In this document: positions 23,550 to 37,622 of the stretch, one piece after another | Position numbering within the stretch: position 1 is the stretch's first letter | Layout of the letters: every line of letters starts with the position of its first letter | Assembly (NCBI GenBank): GCA_951406725.2 | Contig: OX597817.1 | Span: 176,669,963 to 176,733,962, forward strand | Reading direction: 5' to 3' | Length of the DNA stretch: 64,000 nt | DNA from: Octopus vulgaris | Lineage: Eukaryota | Notes under the pieces: model-generated | The model's input: only the letters and a program-made list of their open reading frames with translations | Told to the model about the DNA's origin: nothing | Database searches by the model: none | Program-made: the position numbers and the translations under genes

Positions 23550-25363
23550 ATATTTCCAACAGTTCCAAAGTGTGTTCACTACACCTCTAGGACACAGGCA
23601 AGTTATCAACCCAGAAGAATTCTTTGCCACTTTACCTGCGGCCAAAGAGACAAAAATTGAGTACATCAACATCGAAGATGATGATATCACACTAGCCATT
23701 GATGAGATTGACACAAACTCAGCTGCTGGACCTGATGGATTCCCAGCGATCCTTCTCAAATCGTGCAAACGAGCCCTTGCAAAACCGCTACAGCTTCTTT
23801 TTCAGAGCTTTCTTGCAAGTGGTAAGCTCCCAGTCAAATTGAAAGAGGGTGTAATATGCCCTATCCATAAGGGAGGTAGCAGAGCAGATGCTAAAAATTA
23901 TAGGCCTATCTCTCTGACCTCACACATCAGCAAAGTCATGGAACGAATAGTCCGTAAGAAACTAATCATGTTCCTTGAAGAAAATGACTTGCTGTCTGAC
24001 ACCCAGCATGGATTTCGACCAGGTAGAGGCTGCCTAACACAGCTCCTGCAACACTATGGCTGGGTGTTGAAACAGCTACTAAATGGCTCAAATGTGGATG
24101 TAATATATCTCGACTTTTCAAAAGCCTTTGATAAAGTCGACCATGGTATGATCTGTCACAAACTGCGTGGTCTCGGCATAGGCGGGAAACTTGGAGAGTG
24201 GCTGCACAACTTCCTAAAAGACAGAAAACAGGCAGTTGTGAGCAATGGAGCCACCTCCAAGGAAACGCAAATAACAAGCGGTGTCCCACAGGGCACTGTC
24301 TTGGGGCCACTGATGTTCATAGTGGCCCTTTCAGACATGCCTTCAGTTGCTACGATGACCACCCTTGCTAGCTATGCAGATGACACAAAAGTCTCCCACG
24401 CAATACAAAACCCTGAAAATATTGCGCATCTGCAACATGAGCTGGACACAATATACAGGTGGGCTGAGGACAACAACATGCAGTTTAATGCAGGTAAGTT
24501 CCAGGCCCTGCGCTATTGGCACAAAAAGGTAAATGACGTGAAGACTGGATACACTGGCCCAGGAAGAATTGCAATCCCTGAGTCAAAATCAGTGCGTGAC
24601 CTGGGCATTGACATGAGCAATGATGCATCTTTCCAAATGCATATTGCTAATCTGGTGATAAAATGCAGACGGCTAGCTGGATGGATTCTCCGAACTTTCA
24701 GAACAAGAGAGAAGGAGACACTGATGGTCCTATGGAAAACATTCGTCCTCAGCCGCTTGGACTACTGCTCCCAACTTTGGTCACCACACAATATAAAACA
24801 AACAGCAGAACTCGAAGCAATTCAGAGAAGCTACACAAAGAAAATCGTCTCAATGCAAAATATCAGCTACTGGGAAAGACTGAAGGTATTAAACCTCTTC
24901 TCCCTGGAGCGGAGGCGGGAGAGATATGCAGTGATATACATCTGGAAAATCCTGGAGGGTCTTGTTCCAAACTTTGGCATTCAAAGTTACTCCAACCGCA
25001 GAACGGGCGCCGCTGCATGGTGCCAAGGATTCCAAATTAACCATCAAAATACAGGTCCAGATACTGCAACAGCTTGGGTTTCAGAGGACCACAGCTCTTT
25101 AACATCCTCCCTAAATGCCTGAGAGACTTGCATGGTGTGGATGTGGGTTTCTTTAAAACTAAACTGGATCTCTTCTTGTTGGGAGTCCCAGATGAACCTA
25201 CTTCACGACAGGAGACGCGGATGCGGGCAACAGCATCGAACTCCCTTGTTGATCAAGTGCCACGTATCAGAGGTGGATTTACAGGCTAGTGTGGCTCATT
25301 CAGCGGTGGTGCCCCAGCATGGCCGCGGCCTTCAGGCTGAAACATTTTTAAGGATTTAAGGAT
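23550..25363 (+). mobile_element. 5'-truncated CR1/L2-group LINE (RT ORF 23572-~25289, frameshift near 25010)
   Basis: GPDG, NYRPISLTS, QHGF, LDFSKAFD, GVPQGTVLGP, YADD; AGGATTTA tail; empty site at ~5100 and ~43955. Confidence 0.94.
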
Positions 25364-25975
25364 ATACTTATGCTTGCACGCGGGCTCGCGTCTTTTTGTA
25401 TGTGTGTGTGTGTATATGTCTATCTATCTATCTAACTGACTAGCTAAACTAACTAACTAACTTAACTAACTAACTAACTATCTGTTTATCCCTGTCCTTT
25501 CGCTAACCTCTGTAACAATCGCTACATCCTTGTACATGGATAAAAGATCTAGTTTTGTTTCAAATCCACCTAAACGCAACCCAAATTGGTCTTTCAGTCC
25601 TTTGTGGTACTTTGTAGTCCTTTGTAGTAATTTGAGCCGATACCTGTTCTATGTCTGTCTCGTTCTTTGATATATTGTACGTAAACTTAGATCATATATA
25701 TGTATGTACGTGTGTGTATTATATATGTATGTATTATATACGCATGCATGACTAGGTTTCTTAAATGTACAGTGTAGGTATTTTGTTTTTCGCTGATCTT
25801 AAGGTTTATGTTAACACCCGATGGTCATCTGATTACCACAATTATTATCACTGGGACATTCCACAACTAATTCTTCCTCTTATCAGTGGCGAAGTTTTCT
25901 GTCGTAACGTTGGCTCTTAGTATGTATGCATGTATTATATTCTGATACATATATGTATGTCTTTGTATATATATA

Positions 25976-26837
25976 TCGAAACCGCGAGTCCGCTGCACTA
26001 ACCACTGGGCCAGTGCGCCTCCACTTCCGGTCATATAAACCCATATCGAATCTTATTTTAGCAAGCTTAAAGCGTTAACCCACCACTTTCCTTGATGCCC
26101 TAAGCACGTGAATAATGGTTAATCCAGCGCTGCCGATAATTTACGCTACAATTGGGAATTTGATCATTTTATAAACAAATTTTTCTGCTTATAACAAAAT
26201 TACATAGCAATCTTTCATTCATACTTTACATATCTAAATAAATTAAGAACTAACGTAAAAGCTGATACATTTTGATATTTCATTGGCAATTCAGAGACTT
26301 CACATTAATAAGAGAGAAATTTTATTAGGAGATTATCCACAAGAGTTAAACAAGAATAGCAGAATAATTGAAAAAAATATTACGCAATGGTGATGAGATA
26401 GTTTAATGCAGTGAGAGAAGAATGATAAAAAATTTCTCTTTGGCAGAGAAACTGTTACGAATCCAGCGATATAGGAAAATACATGGATAAAATAGCCTAG
26501 ATATTAATATTGTTCATATTTAGTTGCGTTGTGAGTGTTTATTGAGCAAAAACACCTAAAAGCTCCACGAGGCTCCGGCAGGGGATGGTGGTGATCCCTG
26601 CTGTACTCTTTCACCACAGCTTTTTCTCACTCTTACTTCCTGTTTCCGTTGTACCTGTATTTCAAAGGGCCGGCCTTGTCACTCTCTGTGTCACGCTGAA
26701 TATCCCCGAGAACTACGTTCAGGGTGCACGTGTCTGTAGAGTGCTCAGCCACTTACACGTTAATTTCACGAGCAGGCTGTTCCGTTGATTCGGATCAACC
26801 GGAACCCTCGTCGTCGTAACCGACGGAATGCTTCCAC

Positions 26838-26838
<1 letters not shown>
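25976..26838. mobile_element. tRNA-derived SINE with inverted head and ~500 bp of intervening foreign sequence
   Basis: Minus strand 25976-26024 reads GTGGAGGCGCACTGGCCCAGTGGTTAG...GGTTTCGA (box A, partial box B); plus strand 26526-26838 looks like SINE body; only in copy B. Confidence 0.75.
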
Positions 26839-26891
<53 letters not shown>

Positions 26892-27039
26892 TGCTCGCTT
26901 AACCAGCGGGGTGGCGTCATTTGGAGGCTAAAACAGAGCGAAGTGAATTGTGACCACGATGTGTAGCAACATCTGGTAGCCTTCTCGGTCACGTGATCAC
27001 GTGATATATATATATATATACACACATATATATACATTC

Positions 27040-27083
<44 letters not shown>

Positions 27084-27276
27084 TACAAAATTAGAGAATG
27101 GAGAAACATACTTAAATCAGTAAAACATCAACTATCGATGATACTCAATCCATACTTTAATACACCATTACATATAGTAAAGGCAATATATAAATGAAAT
27201 GAGATATACAGTAATAGTAAAAGAAGAGATAAAGAGATATAAGTAAAAAATTTCAAATATAATATGCAAATAAATC

Positions 27277-27389
27277 AAAACTGACAGCTGTTTCGGCAGT
27301 GAGGACAGTCATACCTCATTTAACCTATAAGCCATAAAGGCAGGTATAAATGAGGCATTAACAAAGGATTACGGCCTCTTCAGAGAATT
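27277..27389 (-). ncRNA. Hammerhead ribozyme motif (left arm)
   Basis: Reverse complement: CUGAAGA-GGC...GCC-GAAAC-AGCU-GUC; stem I weak. Confidence 0.8.
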
Positions 27390-27743
27390 AAATTAAATTT
27401 GTTATAATAGTGAAAAATATTATATAATCATATACATATAAATATAAAAATATAAAAATGTAAAATATAAAAACTTATACATCATAATGCTACACTTATA
27501 TAATATAATACACATTTGTACAAAAAGGAAGGTAAACAGAACAAAATAAAACAAAATATATAACAGTGTATATATTAATATTAATAAGTACCGATATTAT
27601 ACATATTTGGCTAATAGTTTTTTTTAAAAAAAAAGGGCTAACACATATGGAGATGAAAAATAATAATTAAATCCGTGGTACAGTTCATAAAGTTCTAAAG
27701 CTATAAAAGTTAATAAAAATTACTATTAATAATAATAATAATA

Positions 27744-27787
<44 letters not shown>

Positions 27788-28155
27788 TAATAAAAATAGA
27801 TACAGTTAAGTTAGCACCAAGTCCATCCTTTCAAGATCAAATAACTATGAGTTAAGGAATGCTGACCACTAGGTAAAGAAATTTAGATTAATTCGATTGG
27901 CTATTGGTTTGAAATTTAAATCACAAAAGAAAATTATACGGTTGGTTAGTCAGGGAACGCCAATATGGTGTGAATATTGGCGTTCCCTGACTAACCAACC
28001 GTATAATTTTCTTTTGTGATTTAAATTTCAAACCAATAGCCAATCAGGTAATCTAAATTTCTTTACCTAGTGGTCAGCATTCCTTAACTCATAGTTATTT
28101 CGATCTTGAAAGGATGGACTTGCTAACTTAACTGTATCTATTTTTATTATTTATA

Positions 28156-28186
<31 letters not shown>

Positions 28187-28540
28187 TATTATTATTATTA
28201 TTAATAGTAATTTTTATTAACTTTTATAGCTTTAGAACTTTATGAACTGTACCACGGATTTAATTATTATTTTTCATCTCCATATGTGTTAGCCCTTTTT
28301 TTTAAAAAAAACTATTAGCCAAATATGTATAATATCGGTACTTATTAATATTAATATATACACTGTTATATATTTTGTTTTATTTTGTTCTGTTTACCTT
28401 CCTTTTTTGTACAAATGTGTATTATATTATATAAGTGTAGCATTATGATGTATAAGTTTTTATATTTTACATTTTTATATTTTTATATTTATATGTATAT
28501 GATTATATAATATTTTTCACTATTATAACAAATTTAATTT

Positions 28541-28655
28541 AATTCTCTGAAGAGGCCGTGGGCATCCTTGTTAATGCCTCATTTATACCTGCCTTTATGG
28601 CTTATAGGTTAAATGAGGTATGACTGTCCTCACTGCCGAAACAGCTGTCAGTTTT
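28541..28655 (+). ncRNA. Hammerhead ribozyme motif (right arm)
   Basis: aattct CTGAAGA ggc...gcc GAAAC agct GTC agtttt; palindromic stem III ACAGCTGT; extended stem II TGCCTCATTTA/TAAATGAGGTA. Confidence 0.8.
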
Positions 28656-29016
28656 GATTTATTTGCATGTTATATTTGAAATTTTTACTTACATCTCTTT
28701 ATCTTTTTACTATTACTGTATATCTCATTTCATTTTATATATTGCCTTTACTCATATGTAATGGTGTATTAAAGTATGGATTGAGTATCATCGGATAGTT
28801 GATGTTTTACTGATTTAAGTATGTTTCTCCATTCTCTAATTTTGTAGTATTAATTTACAGTAATATTATTACCTTTACCCATATAATACAATAGATGAAC
28901 TGATTGTTTGACAATTTTTAACATCTATGTATTAATTTTGTTGGGTACCTATCTAGCAGTATATTGGATATATATTATCCCATGGTGGGTTGAATTTTCA
29001 ACCCCTATCTCATTAT

Positions 29017-29113
<97 letters not shown>

Positions 29114-29962
29114 GTGTATGTATGTATGTAGGTTTGCCATTTTAATGGACTGAAGCAACGTGAAATAAAGTGTCTTGCTCAAGGACGCAACCCTTGCTGT
29201 AGTCACAGTACTTTGTAGGATAGGTGCGTCCTGATGTAAAACCTGCTATTTCACATAATCATTGTTCATCTAGATTCGGTCTGCCACTAGGTTCTAGTCA
29301 CAGAGACTCAGAGTAGTACTCGTGTTGTACAACTGTCTATCAATACATTCCAATGACGCACAGATATCTCATTAACATGAACACATTTGTCATTTAATTT
29401 ATTGAAGCTCCAAAGGCTGTGAGCTGGCAGAAACGTTAACACGCCGGGCTAAATGCTTAGCGTTATTTCGTCTGTCCTTGCGATCTGAGTTCAAATTTCG
29501 CCGAGGACGACTTTGCTTTAACCCTTTCAGGGTAGATTAAATAAGTACCAGTTGCGCACTGGGGTCGATGTAATCGATTTGATCCTTCTCTGTCCATGTT
29601 TGTCTCCACTGTGTTTAGCCCCGTGTGGGTAGTAAAGAAATAGGTATTTCGTCTGTCTTTGCGTTCTGAGTTCAAATTACGCCGAGGTTGACTTTGCCTT
29701 TCATCCTTTCAGGGTCGATATATTAAGCACCAGTTGCGTACTGGGGTCGAGCTACCTATCTATATCTGCCCTCTCCCAGGCGTCTGTACTTCAGTGGCAA
29801 GGACCTGGTATTTTGACAGGAGGATATCCAGTTTTGTTTCGAAGGCACTTAAAGCCCACCCCATGTTGGCCTCTCATGTAATAATATGACCCGATACCCT
29901 TTTTTTTTTACTGTTTTGCTATTTGCTATATCATACGTAAACTTACATCATACATACATACA

Positions 29963-30037
<75 letters not shown>

Positions 30038-30121
30038 GTGTGTGTTTGTGTGTATTATATATGTATGTATGCATATATATATAAATATATAAATAAATAT
30101 ATACGTATTCAATGCATATTT

Positions 30122-30439
30122 GAAATTTTATTCAATGCATATTTAGTCTTTCGGTTTGCATAGGACCGAATGTACTGAAGAAGTCACGGACACTTGAATT
30201 ATGCAAGTAATTCTTTTGTTAAGACCGAAACCGAGGTATGCATTTAAGTCTGTTATTTATTTAATTTTTCATATGTCCTGCCCGCCAAATTTGGTTCTGG
30301 TGTTCGCTGAATTCTTCCTCTAGAGAATTTCCCTTGTAGTATGTTGATGTATATATATATATACAAATATATTTGAATTTTCTCTGACTCCTCAGATGTG
30401 TGTGTGTATTAAAATTAATATTAATTTATCTCCCTCAAT

Positions 30440-30440
<1 letters not shown>
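30122..30440 (+). mobile_element. Short PLE pLTR fragment
   Basis: Private to copy B, contains a hammerhead, starts with a duplication of TATTCAATGCATATTT. Confidence 0.7.
30169..30244 (+). ncRNA. Type I hammerhead ribozyme motif
   Basis: aatgta CTGAAGA agtc...gacc GAAAC cgag GTA tgcatt; 6-bp stem I; first stem II pair mismatched (A-C). Confidence 0.8.
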
Positions 30441-30489
<49 letters not shown>

Positions 30490-31071
30490 TGTTTGTGTGT
30501 GTGTCTGTTTGTGTGTGTATGTGTGTGTGTTTCTGTATGTGACTAACCCGCATGTGTGTATTGTATGTATGCTTATATCTCCTGGGTGAGTGTGACCCAC
30601 GTAGTGTACAGAGACTGTAGAATATTGGAGAGAAAAGGAGGAATGGTGTATCCCCCTCTTTTTGTAGGATTTCAAATACATAGCTTTCTAGCTGTGATGT
30701 ACATTTCATGTACGGGTTCGAGTGAGGCTAGTATTCCTGTCACTCTCTAGTTCTTGTGACATTATTCTTGAACCAGACGGATCACAGAGCTGAGAAACAA
30801 CATGTATATTATCTAAATAAACAAGGAATAGGGCAGAATATTTCTGCTCTTGTCTCACTGAGAAGACAGCATCAGTTGTATTTATTCTCACCATAAAAAC
30901 AAAAATCACGTCTACATTAATTTTCTTTTTCTAAGCAAATGAGATGTAATTCTTTTTGTAACCTTTCATAACTGGCACCAACAGTTTAACACCTCAAGCA
31001 TTCTTACATATATAAATTACATATGTATTTGTGTTTGTGCGTGTTTGTATACATATATATACACATATATA

Positions 31072-31553
31072 CAGGACAGTGCTTATAGCACCAGGAAGAC
31101 ATCTCCTCCAGTTGGCTAATGACACACTCTGTGTCCGATTAGTATTTGCAAGGGGTTCATCGCTCCCATGTCTAACCTTACGTCATACACACGGATGCAA
31201 GTTTCTGGGTGATTACCTCCCTCCCACCGAGCATGTATTAATCACTAGCAAGTGATGAAAGTTCATTCCACTCGCAAATTATTATATACCTTTCTAGCGA
31301 CTCACAGTCGCTAATCTCGTAAAAGAGAGAGATATGTTATTTTAAATTTAACATAACATATACAGATTTAATATAACATATCTCTCTTTTACGAGATCAT
31401 CGACAGTGAGTTGCTAGAAAAGTATATAGTGATTTGGCTTCAGATGGGAGTGATGCCCTCCTTCGCATATTCTAATCGGGCACAGAATGTGTGTCGTTAT
31501 TCAGCTGGAGGAGATGTCTTCCTGGGGCTATAAAGAACAGTAGCACTGTCCTG
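31072..31553. mobile_element. MITE, copy B
   Basis: Same TIRs and TA flanks as 15346-15828. Confidence 0.85.
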
Positions 31554-31677
31554 TATAGCACGCCATTCAGTTGGCAAATATAGTTTACAATTCCGTACTG
31601 CTACTGTTTATATGTCTCTCATAAATTTTATATAAGATATGTATGCATGCATGTATGTATGTATGTATGTATGTATG

Positions 31678-31728
<51 letters not shown>

Positions 31729-33323
31729 GCGTGTGTGTGTGTGTGTGTGTATTTATGTATGTACTTGGTAAGGTGGACACCCTTCGTTTAACTCCCTGCA
31801 GGTCGAAAAGCAAACTATTTCAAAGGCCGGGTGATCACAGGAGAATCAACAGCCCTCCAATGGCTGGGAGTGCGATATAACTGCTTTTGTTGTGACATCT
31901 CTCTTTTGTAATACTTATGATGTAGAATAGTTGTTTGTTTGGCAGGAATGTATTGGCTGTTTGGGGAGGGAGTCGGAATTGCCATGTGGAAAGGTTCTCT
32001 CCTTCTATTTTTCCTCAGACGCAGCCAAAACGCACAGCCTTCGAACGACAAGGCACACAGCCTGCGATCGGCAAAACACAAAGTTGAAAATTTCATGAGA
32101 GAACAAAGGTATGAGTCAGGGAGGATGGTAAGTCTCTCAAAAACTGCAGCAGGAAGTCTCCTTCGTTAGTATGTCTTTGATTGCGCAAAAGTGTTTAGAT
32201 CCCTAACAGGACTAAAAAATACACGTCCCTGCTTCGTTGAGTAAACAAATGTGGCATATTTCGGAATCAAGTTGCAACCATAACATGTGTGTGTTTGTTT
32301 ATGTGTCATTGTATGCCTTTCTGTTTGGGTGTATGTGTGTGTTTTTAGAGGACATGAATTACGTATTTAATTTTAATAAGCTCACTGCAGTTTCTAGTAG
32401 TTACAGTGCATGCAGAGAAGGGTGCTTGGGAATAAGCTTATAGTATCTTCGAAGCTTCTAAAACGATATATAAATATGCATATATGTGTTTGCTTAAGAT
32501 TGTTTGAATGCGTCTGTGTGTATGCAGTGGGGACCGAAGATCTTTTTTGTTTCCAACAAATTACTATGTTAGTCGGGAATCGCAATTTGTAACAAATGGA
32601 CACATTTTCATGTATTCTATGTTGTAGCAGACCAGAAACATATAAAACAGTTATGATCTGAAAAATCTTGGTCCCGGCAATTTTTTTGGTGTCGGATCTA
32701 CCAGAAAGGGTGTTACCCGGGCAACTAGGGCAACACCCCTGCCTCAACCACTGGTATCTATGTAGACATGTAAGCTTGTTTCATTTATATGTGGATTGAT
32801 GGACGTATGTATGCAGGTAAACTTGATGTATGTATGTATGTATGTATGTATGTATATATGTATGTGTGTATGTATGTATGCATGTATGTATGGAAGTATT
32901 ATGTATGTGTACGCGTGTGTGATTTATTGTGTCACCAATATACAAAAAGGTAAACAATGCTAATAACTTACAGAGAGAAAGTTGTGTGAAATATTTTGAG
33001 AAGAGTATCGTTGACTATTTTAGGACCAAAGCTTTGTTGTTTACTTCACTTGACATAACATTTAGAACATACTTAAACAACCAGCCACTGTCTTGTGTGT
33101 CCCGACTACTACAATGTATCAGAATTTTAATGCAATGACATCGACGCAGTATTGCAATGTGGTGGTAAACAATCATCATCATCATCATCATCAACCTCAG
33201 CTTTATATTATATATACGTATAAGTATATTATACATACATATGTATATGTGGGCGTATATATATATATTAATAAATATAAGGGTAGCAAAACATTCTAGA
33301 AAAAATTATCCGCTACCAGCGGT

Positions 33324-33380
<57 letters not shown>

Positions 33381-33590
33381 CTTCAGTTGATCACTTGACC
33401 GACCAGTCCGTCAGGCGTCCACTTGACATCGCTGGTCACAGCACGCTGTTAATTCCTCTCTGGATCGCGCCTTTCACATCCACGTGATCCCAATCGTCAT
33501 CCTGAAATCGTAACTCCACCGTCGTGGTGGTCTTCCGGGTGGTATTTTCCGCTCGCGCGGGTACCACTCGGCAACTGCATGGGTCTACTG

Positions 33591-33664
<74 letters not shown>

Positions 33665-33858
33665 CATATAGACATACAGATAGATAGATAAATAGATAGA
33701 TAGATAGATAAGATAGATAGATAGATAAATAAGACACATAAGATAGATAGATTGATAAGATACATAGGTAGATAAGATAGGTATATATAAAGATAAGTGT
33801 CTCTCTCTCTCTCTATATATATATATATAAATATAGCTATATAGATCGATAAATAGAT

Positions 33859-33904
<46 letters not shown>

Positions 33905-33920
33905 GTAGATAGAGGCTTAC

Positions 33921-34013
<93 letters not shown>

Positions 34014-36213
34014 CAGATAGATATAATATATGTGTGTGTCCGTGTAATTATAATAAGGGCTTAGAAATAAATTTGCTAACTACATGCTGAGAAAAAGATT
34101 TTGATGACGATCGTAACGAATATGATGAGCTGGAGGGGGATTGTGAAGATCATCATGATCAAGATGATGATCATTTGAATGAGGAAGATGAGCTATAAAT
34201 TTTCCAGTGGAGTTGTTAAATGAACAAAATCCACGTGAATTCCACCTCATATTCTGGTGATGAACGTTTGGAGTATTATAATGTGAGAACGAAACCTCAG
34301 ACCCCTGAAGAGTTTACTAAATAGAACATGAGCAATAATTATAGAAGAGTGCAACCATCTTCTTTATACAGCAGAAATATTTACTGGCAACAGTTAAGAA
34401 GAATGGGTTTTCATTTCACGAATTTATTTCTCACATGGCGAGACAAATCTACTTTTTCAACAGAATCACAAACAGTTCCCCTTGATACTATTCTTTGTTA
34501 TTGTAAACATAGTTTTCTCCCAGACCTACCAGATGCAAGTGAAACGAAAAGAATGCTTCCTCACTCTAAATGGCATCAACTATTCTCTCAAACAACTATT
34601 TGTCTGAAATGAAGTCTTTTGATTCCCTCCTCAAATTAAGTTCGGTCCTCCAAAATATCCGTTTGAACATTAGAATGAAAATTAAGAACTGGTCTGGTAA
34701 GCCTAATCTGGTACAACTAACAACATGCAATCACAATATCAAATCTATTCCCTGTATGAATTGTTAAAGGAAATTTCAAGGTAGCTTCGTTAAAAGTCTT
34801 CAATGAATGTACTTTCAATCAGCTGATACAGTTCTACAGGGTATTTAAGTGCGTCAACTGCATATAGCTATGCATAGCTGCGCCTCGGTTAAGATTGGCG
34901 AAACATCAATACCTGCCGATTCTTCTAGACATCTCATTCACTTACCATCATAACTACGTAAAGTATATTTTTCTGCTGTCTTCGATAATGTTTCAAATAC
35001 TTCACCATTTCGATTCCCAGTTGGTAAATCTTTAAAATTTAAGGCTCCTCGAATATATAATAGTAATGGAGGAAGATAAAATCTATCGGGCGGACATAAG
35101 AAATCTTGGGTGGCCACAAGAAGAAGAACAACAACAACACGACTCTGCAAAGTTAGCTATAGTAAATATAGCCTCATATGCAGGTTACAATAATGAAATT
35201 TTATAAAGAGCCTCAAGTGTAACAGTAGGAGATAGGAAACCAAAAGACCAAAGGGGTTAAAGACTTTTAAAAAAAATGAAGTAAGATTATCTGACTGGCA
35301 AGAGAAGGCTTTGCACGGTAGATCTCCAAAGATAATCTCAGAAGAAAATAATAATGAGACAGCTGTGGATTCACAAAGCAAGACTGAAAAGGGAAACAAA
35401 AGTGTTGCTAGTAATAACACAAGGTTTGATATTGAGGAATATTTGGATAAAAGCCAGGATAAAAGAAAATCAGGCAGATTAACAAAGCAGGTTAAGTAAA
35501 TCAAAGGGTAAAGAACTACTCATGATAAGTTGTGTAGAATAATCCAGAGGAAGTTATGTAGATAGCTAGAAATTGACCATACTGATAAGTGTTATAAATA
35601 TGAATCTAGTAAAGTGCTAGTAAATAAGAAAAAATATAAGACATAGTGGGATTTTATTATTCAGGCCGAGAGATTAATAGAAGCTACAAAGCCTCATTTG
35701 GAAGTAGTAGCCTAAGAGAAAGGAAAGTGTCAGGTAATTGACTTTACAATCCCAAATGATGAGAAAATCAATATGGAAACTATACAGAAAATAGCAAAGT
35801 ACCAGGGTCTAGCCATTCAGTTATAGAGGCTAGAAATGTGTGGATAAAATGTATCCCTGTATCTATAAGTTCATTACGAATTATCCCTAAGGGTTTCACA
35901 AAGAAATAGAAAAACTAGGCGTAAAACCTACTTTAGTACAGCTCCAGGAAACCGTGTTATTAGGGACAGCTAGGATACTTAAGAAGGTTTTTCGCATATA
36001 AGGTTACTTGCTGTAGCCCAATGTTAGGAACTTTTCTTGTTCCAGTTTAATCTGTTGTGCGTAGAGGAAATAATAATCCTTACTTGTAAACACAAATGGA
36101 CTGTTTTTTTCCTAATTTTGGTGGTGGGGACTAGATGATTACATCGACCCCGGTGTAATTTATCAACCCCGAAAGGATCAAATATAAAATCGATTTCGCC
36201 GCTCTAATAATAA

Positions 36214-36289
<76 letters not shown>

Positions 36290-36665
36290 TCCAGAAAACC
36301 CAAAAGATAGTGCTCATGGGAACTACTTATATCCTACGCAAAATACTTTCTATGTAATCTCAAGGTTTACAACAAACATAATTTCGGGTTTTAAAAAGAA
36401 AAAAAGAAAAAAAAATTTTTCTTTTTTAGACATTCATTAGTGCAACACCAAAAACTTCGCCCCAAATATATGGCACACTAGACATAACAACAACATGAAC
36501 TTCCAACCTGTTGTCTCTTGAGGTCTCTGGGTGAGACTTGGAGGCAACTTGTACAAATATAAAGCAAAAGTCAAACATAGAATAATAATAATAATAATAA
36601 TGATAATAATGATGATGATAATAATAACAATAATAATGATGATGATAATAATAATGATAATGATG

Positions 36666-36699
<34 letters not shown>

Positions 36700-36733
36700 T
36701 GATGATAATAATAATAATAATAATAATAATAAT

Positions 36734-36809
<76 letters not shown>

Positions 36810-36817
36810 TAATAATT

Positions 36818-37091
36818 AGGTATGATAAAAAAGGGATGTCAGAAACACCTAGACAATATCCCTGGAAAACCATGTCTCAAGGAAATCCAAAAGATTGTGC
36901 TAACAAGTATTGCCCACATCCTTAGAAAAACCCTATCAATGTAAATGTTTATGTTTGTATTACATGGAGATATTTCTCTACTCCCCCTCCCCAAGCTTTC
37001 AGCTATATTTCAACAACTCTTAACCTTCACTTGCCCTAGGGCGCTGGGTGTGCCCCGGCAGGAGATTGCATCAAACATGCAGATTAAAAGT
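36818..37091 (+). mobile_element. 5'-truncated R4/Dong LINE 3' tip, family 3
   Basis: GMIKKGCQKHLDNIPGKPCLKEIQKIVLTSIAHILRKTLSM* followed by a distinct 3' UTR; in (TAA)n; only in copy B. Confidence 0.88.
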
Positions 37092-37113
37092 AAATGACAA
37101 TGATAATAATAAT

Positions 37114-37146
<33 letters not shown>

Positions 37147-37158
37147 GATAATTATAAT

Positions 37159-37191
<33 letters not shown>

Positions 37192-37433
37192 GATAATTAT
37201 AATGTTAATAATAATAATAATGATAATAACACTTTTAATGAAAATTCAAGAAATGAAAGTAATGCATTCAAGTTAAAGCAGTCAGCCAGGATCTAACTTC
37301 TGTCAACCAACTTATTAATCATTTTTATGAGTCGTATACATTTTTAATTGCTTTTCCAATCGATTTCACCTCTCACCACATCTCTTTTGACACAACGCCT
37401 AATATGCTTCTTTTCATGCATACATACATACAG

Positions 37434-37556
<123 letters not shown>

Positions 37557-37589
37557 CGCACACACACATATATATATATACATGTATAA

Positions 37590-37622
<33 letters not shown>

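Larger units (their letters stand above)
27081..29018. mobile_element. Non-coding PLE pseudo-LTR fold-back (arms 27081-27966 and 27974-28849)
   Basis: Near-perfect inverted repeat with 7-nt spacer; each arm carries a hammerhead; inserted in (TA)n; only in copy B. Confidence 0.85.
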
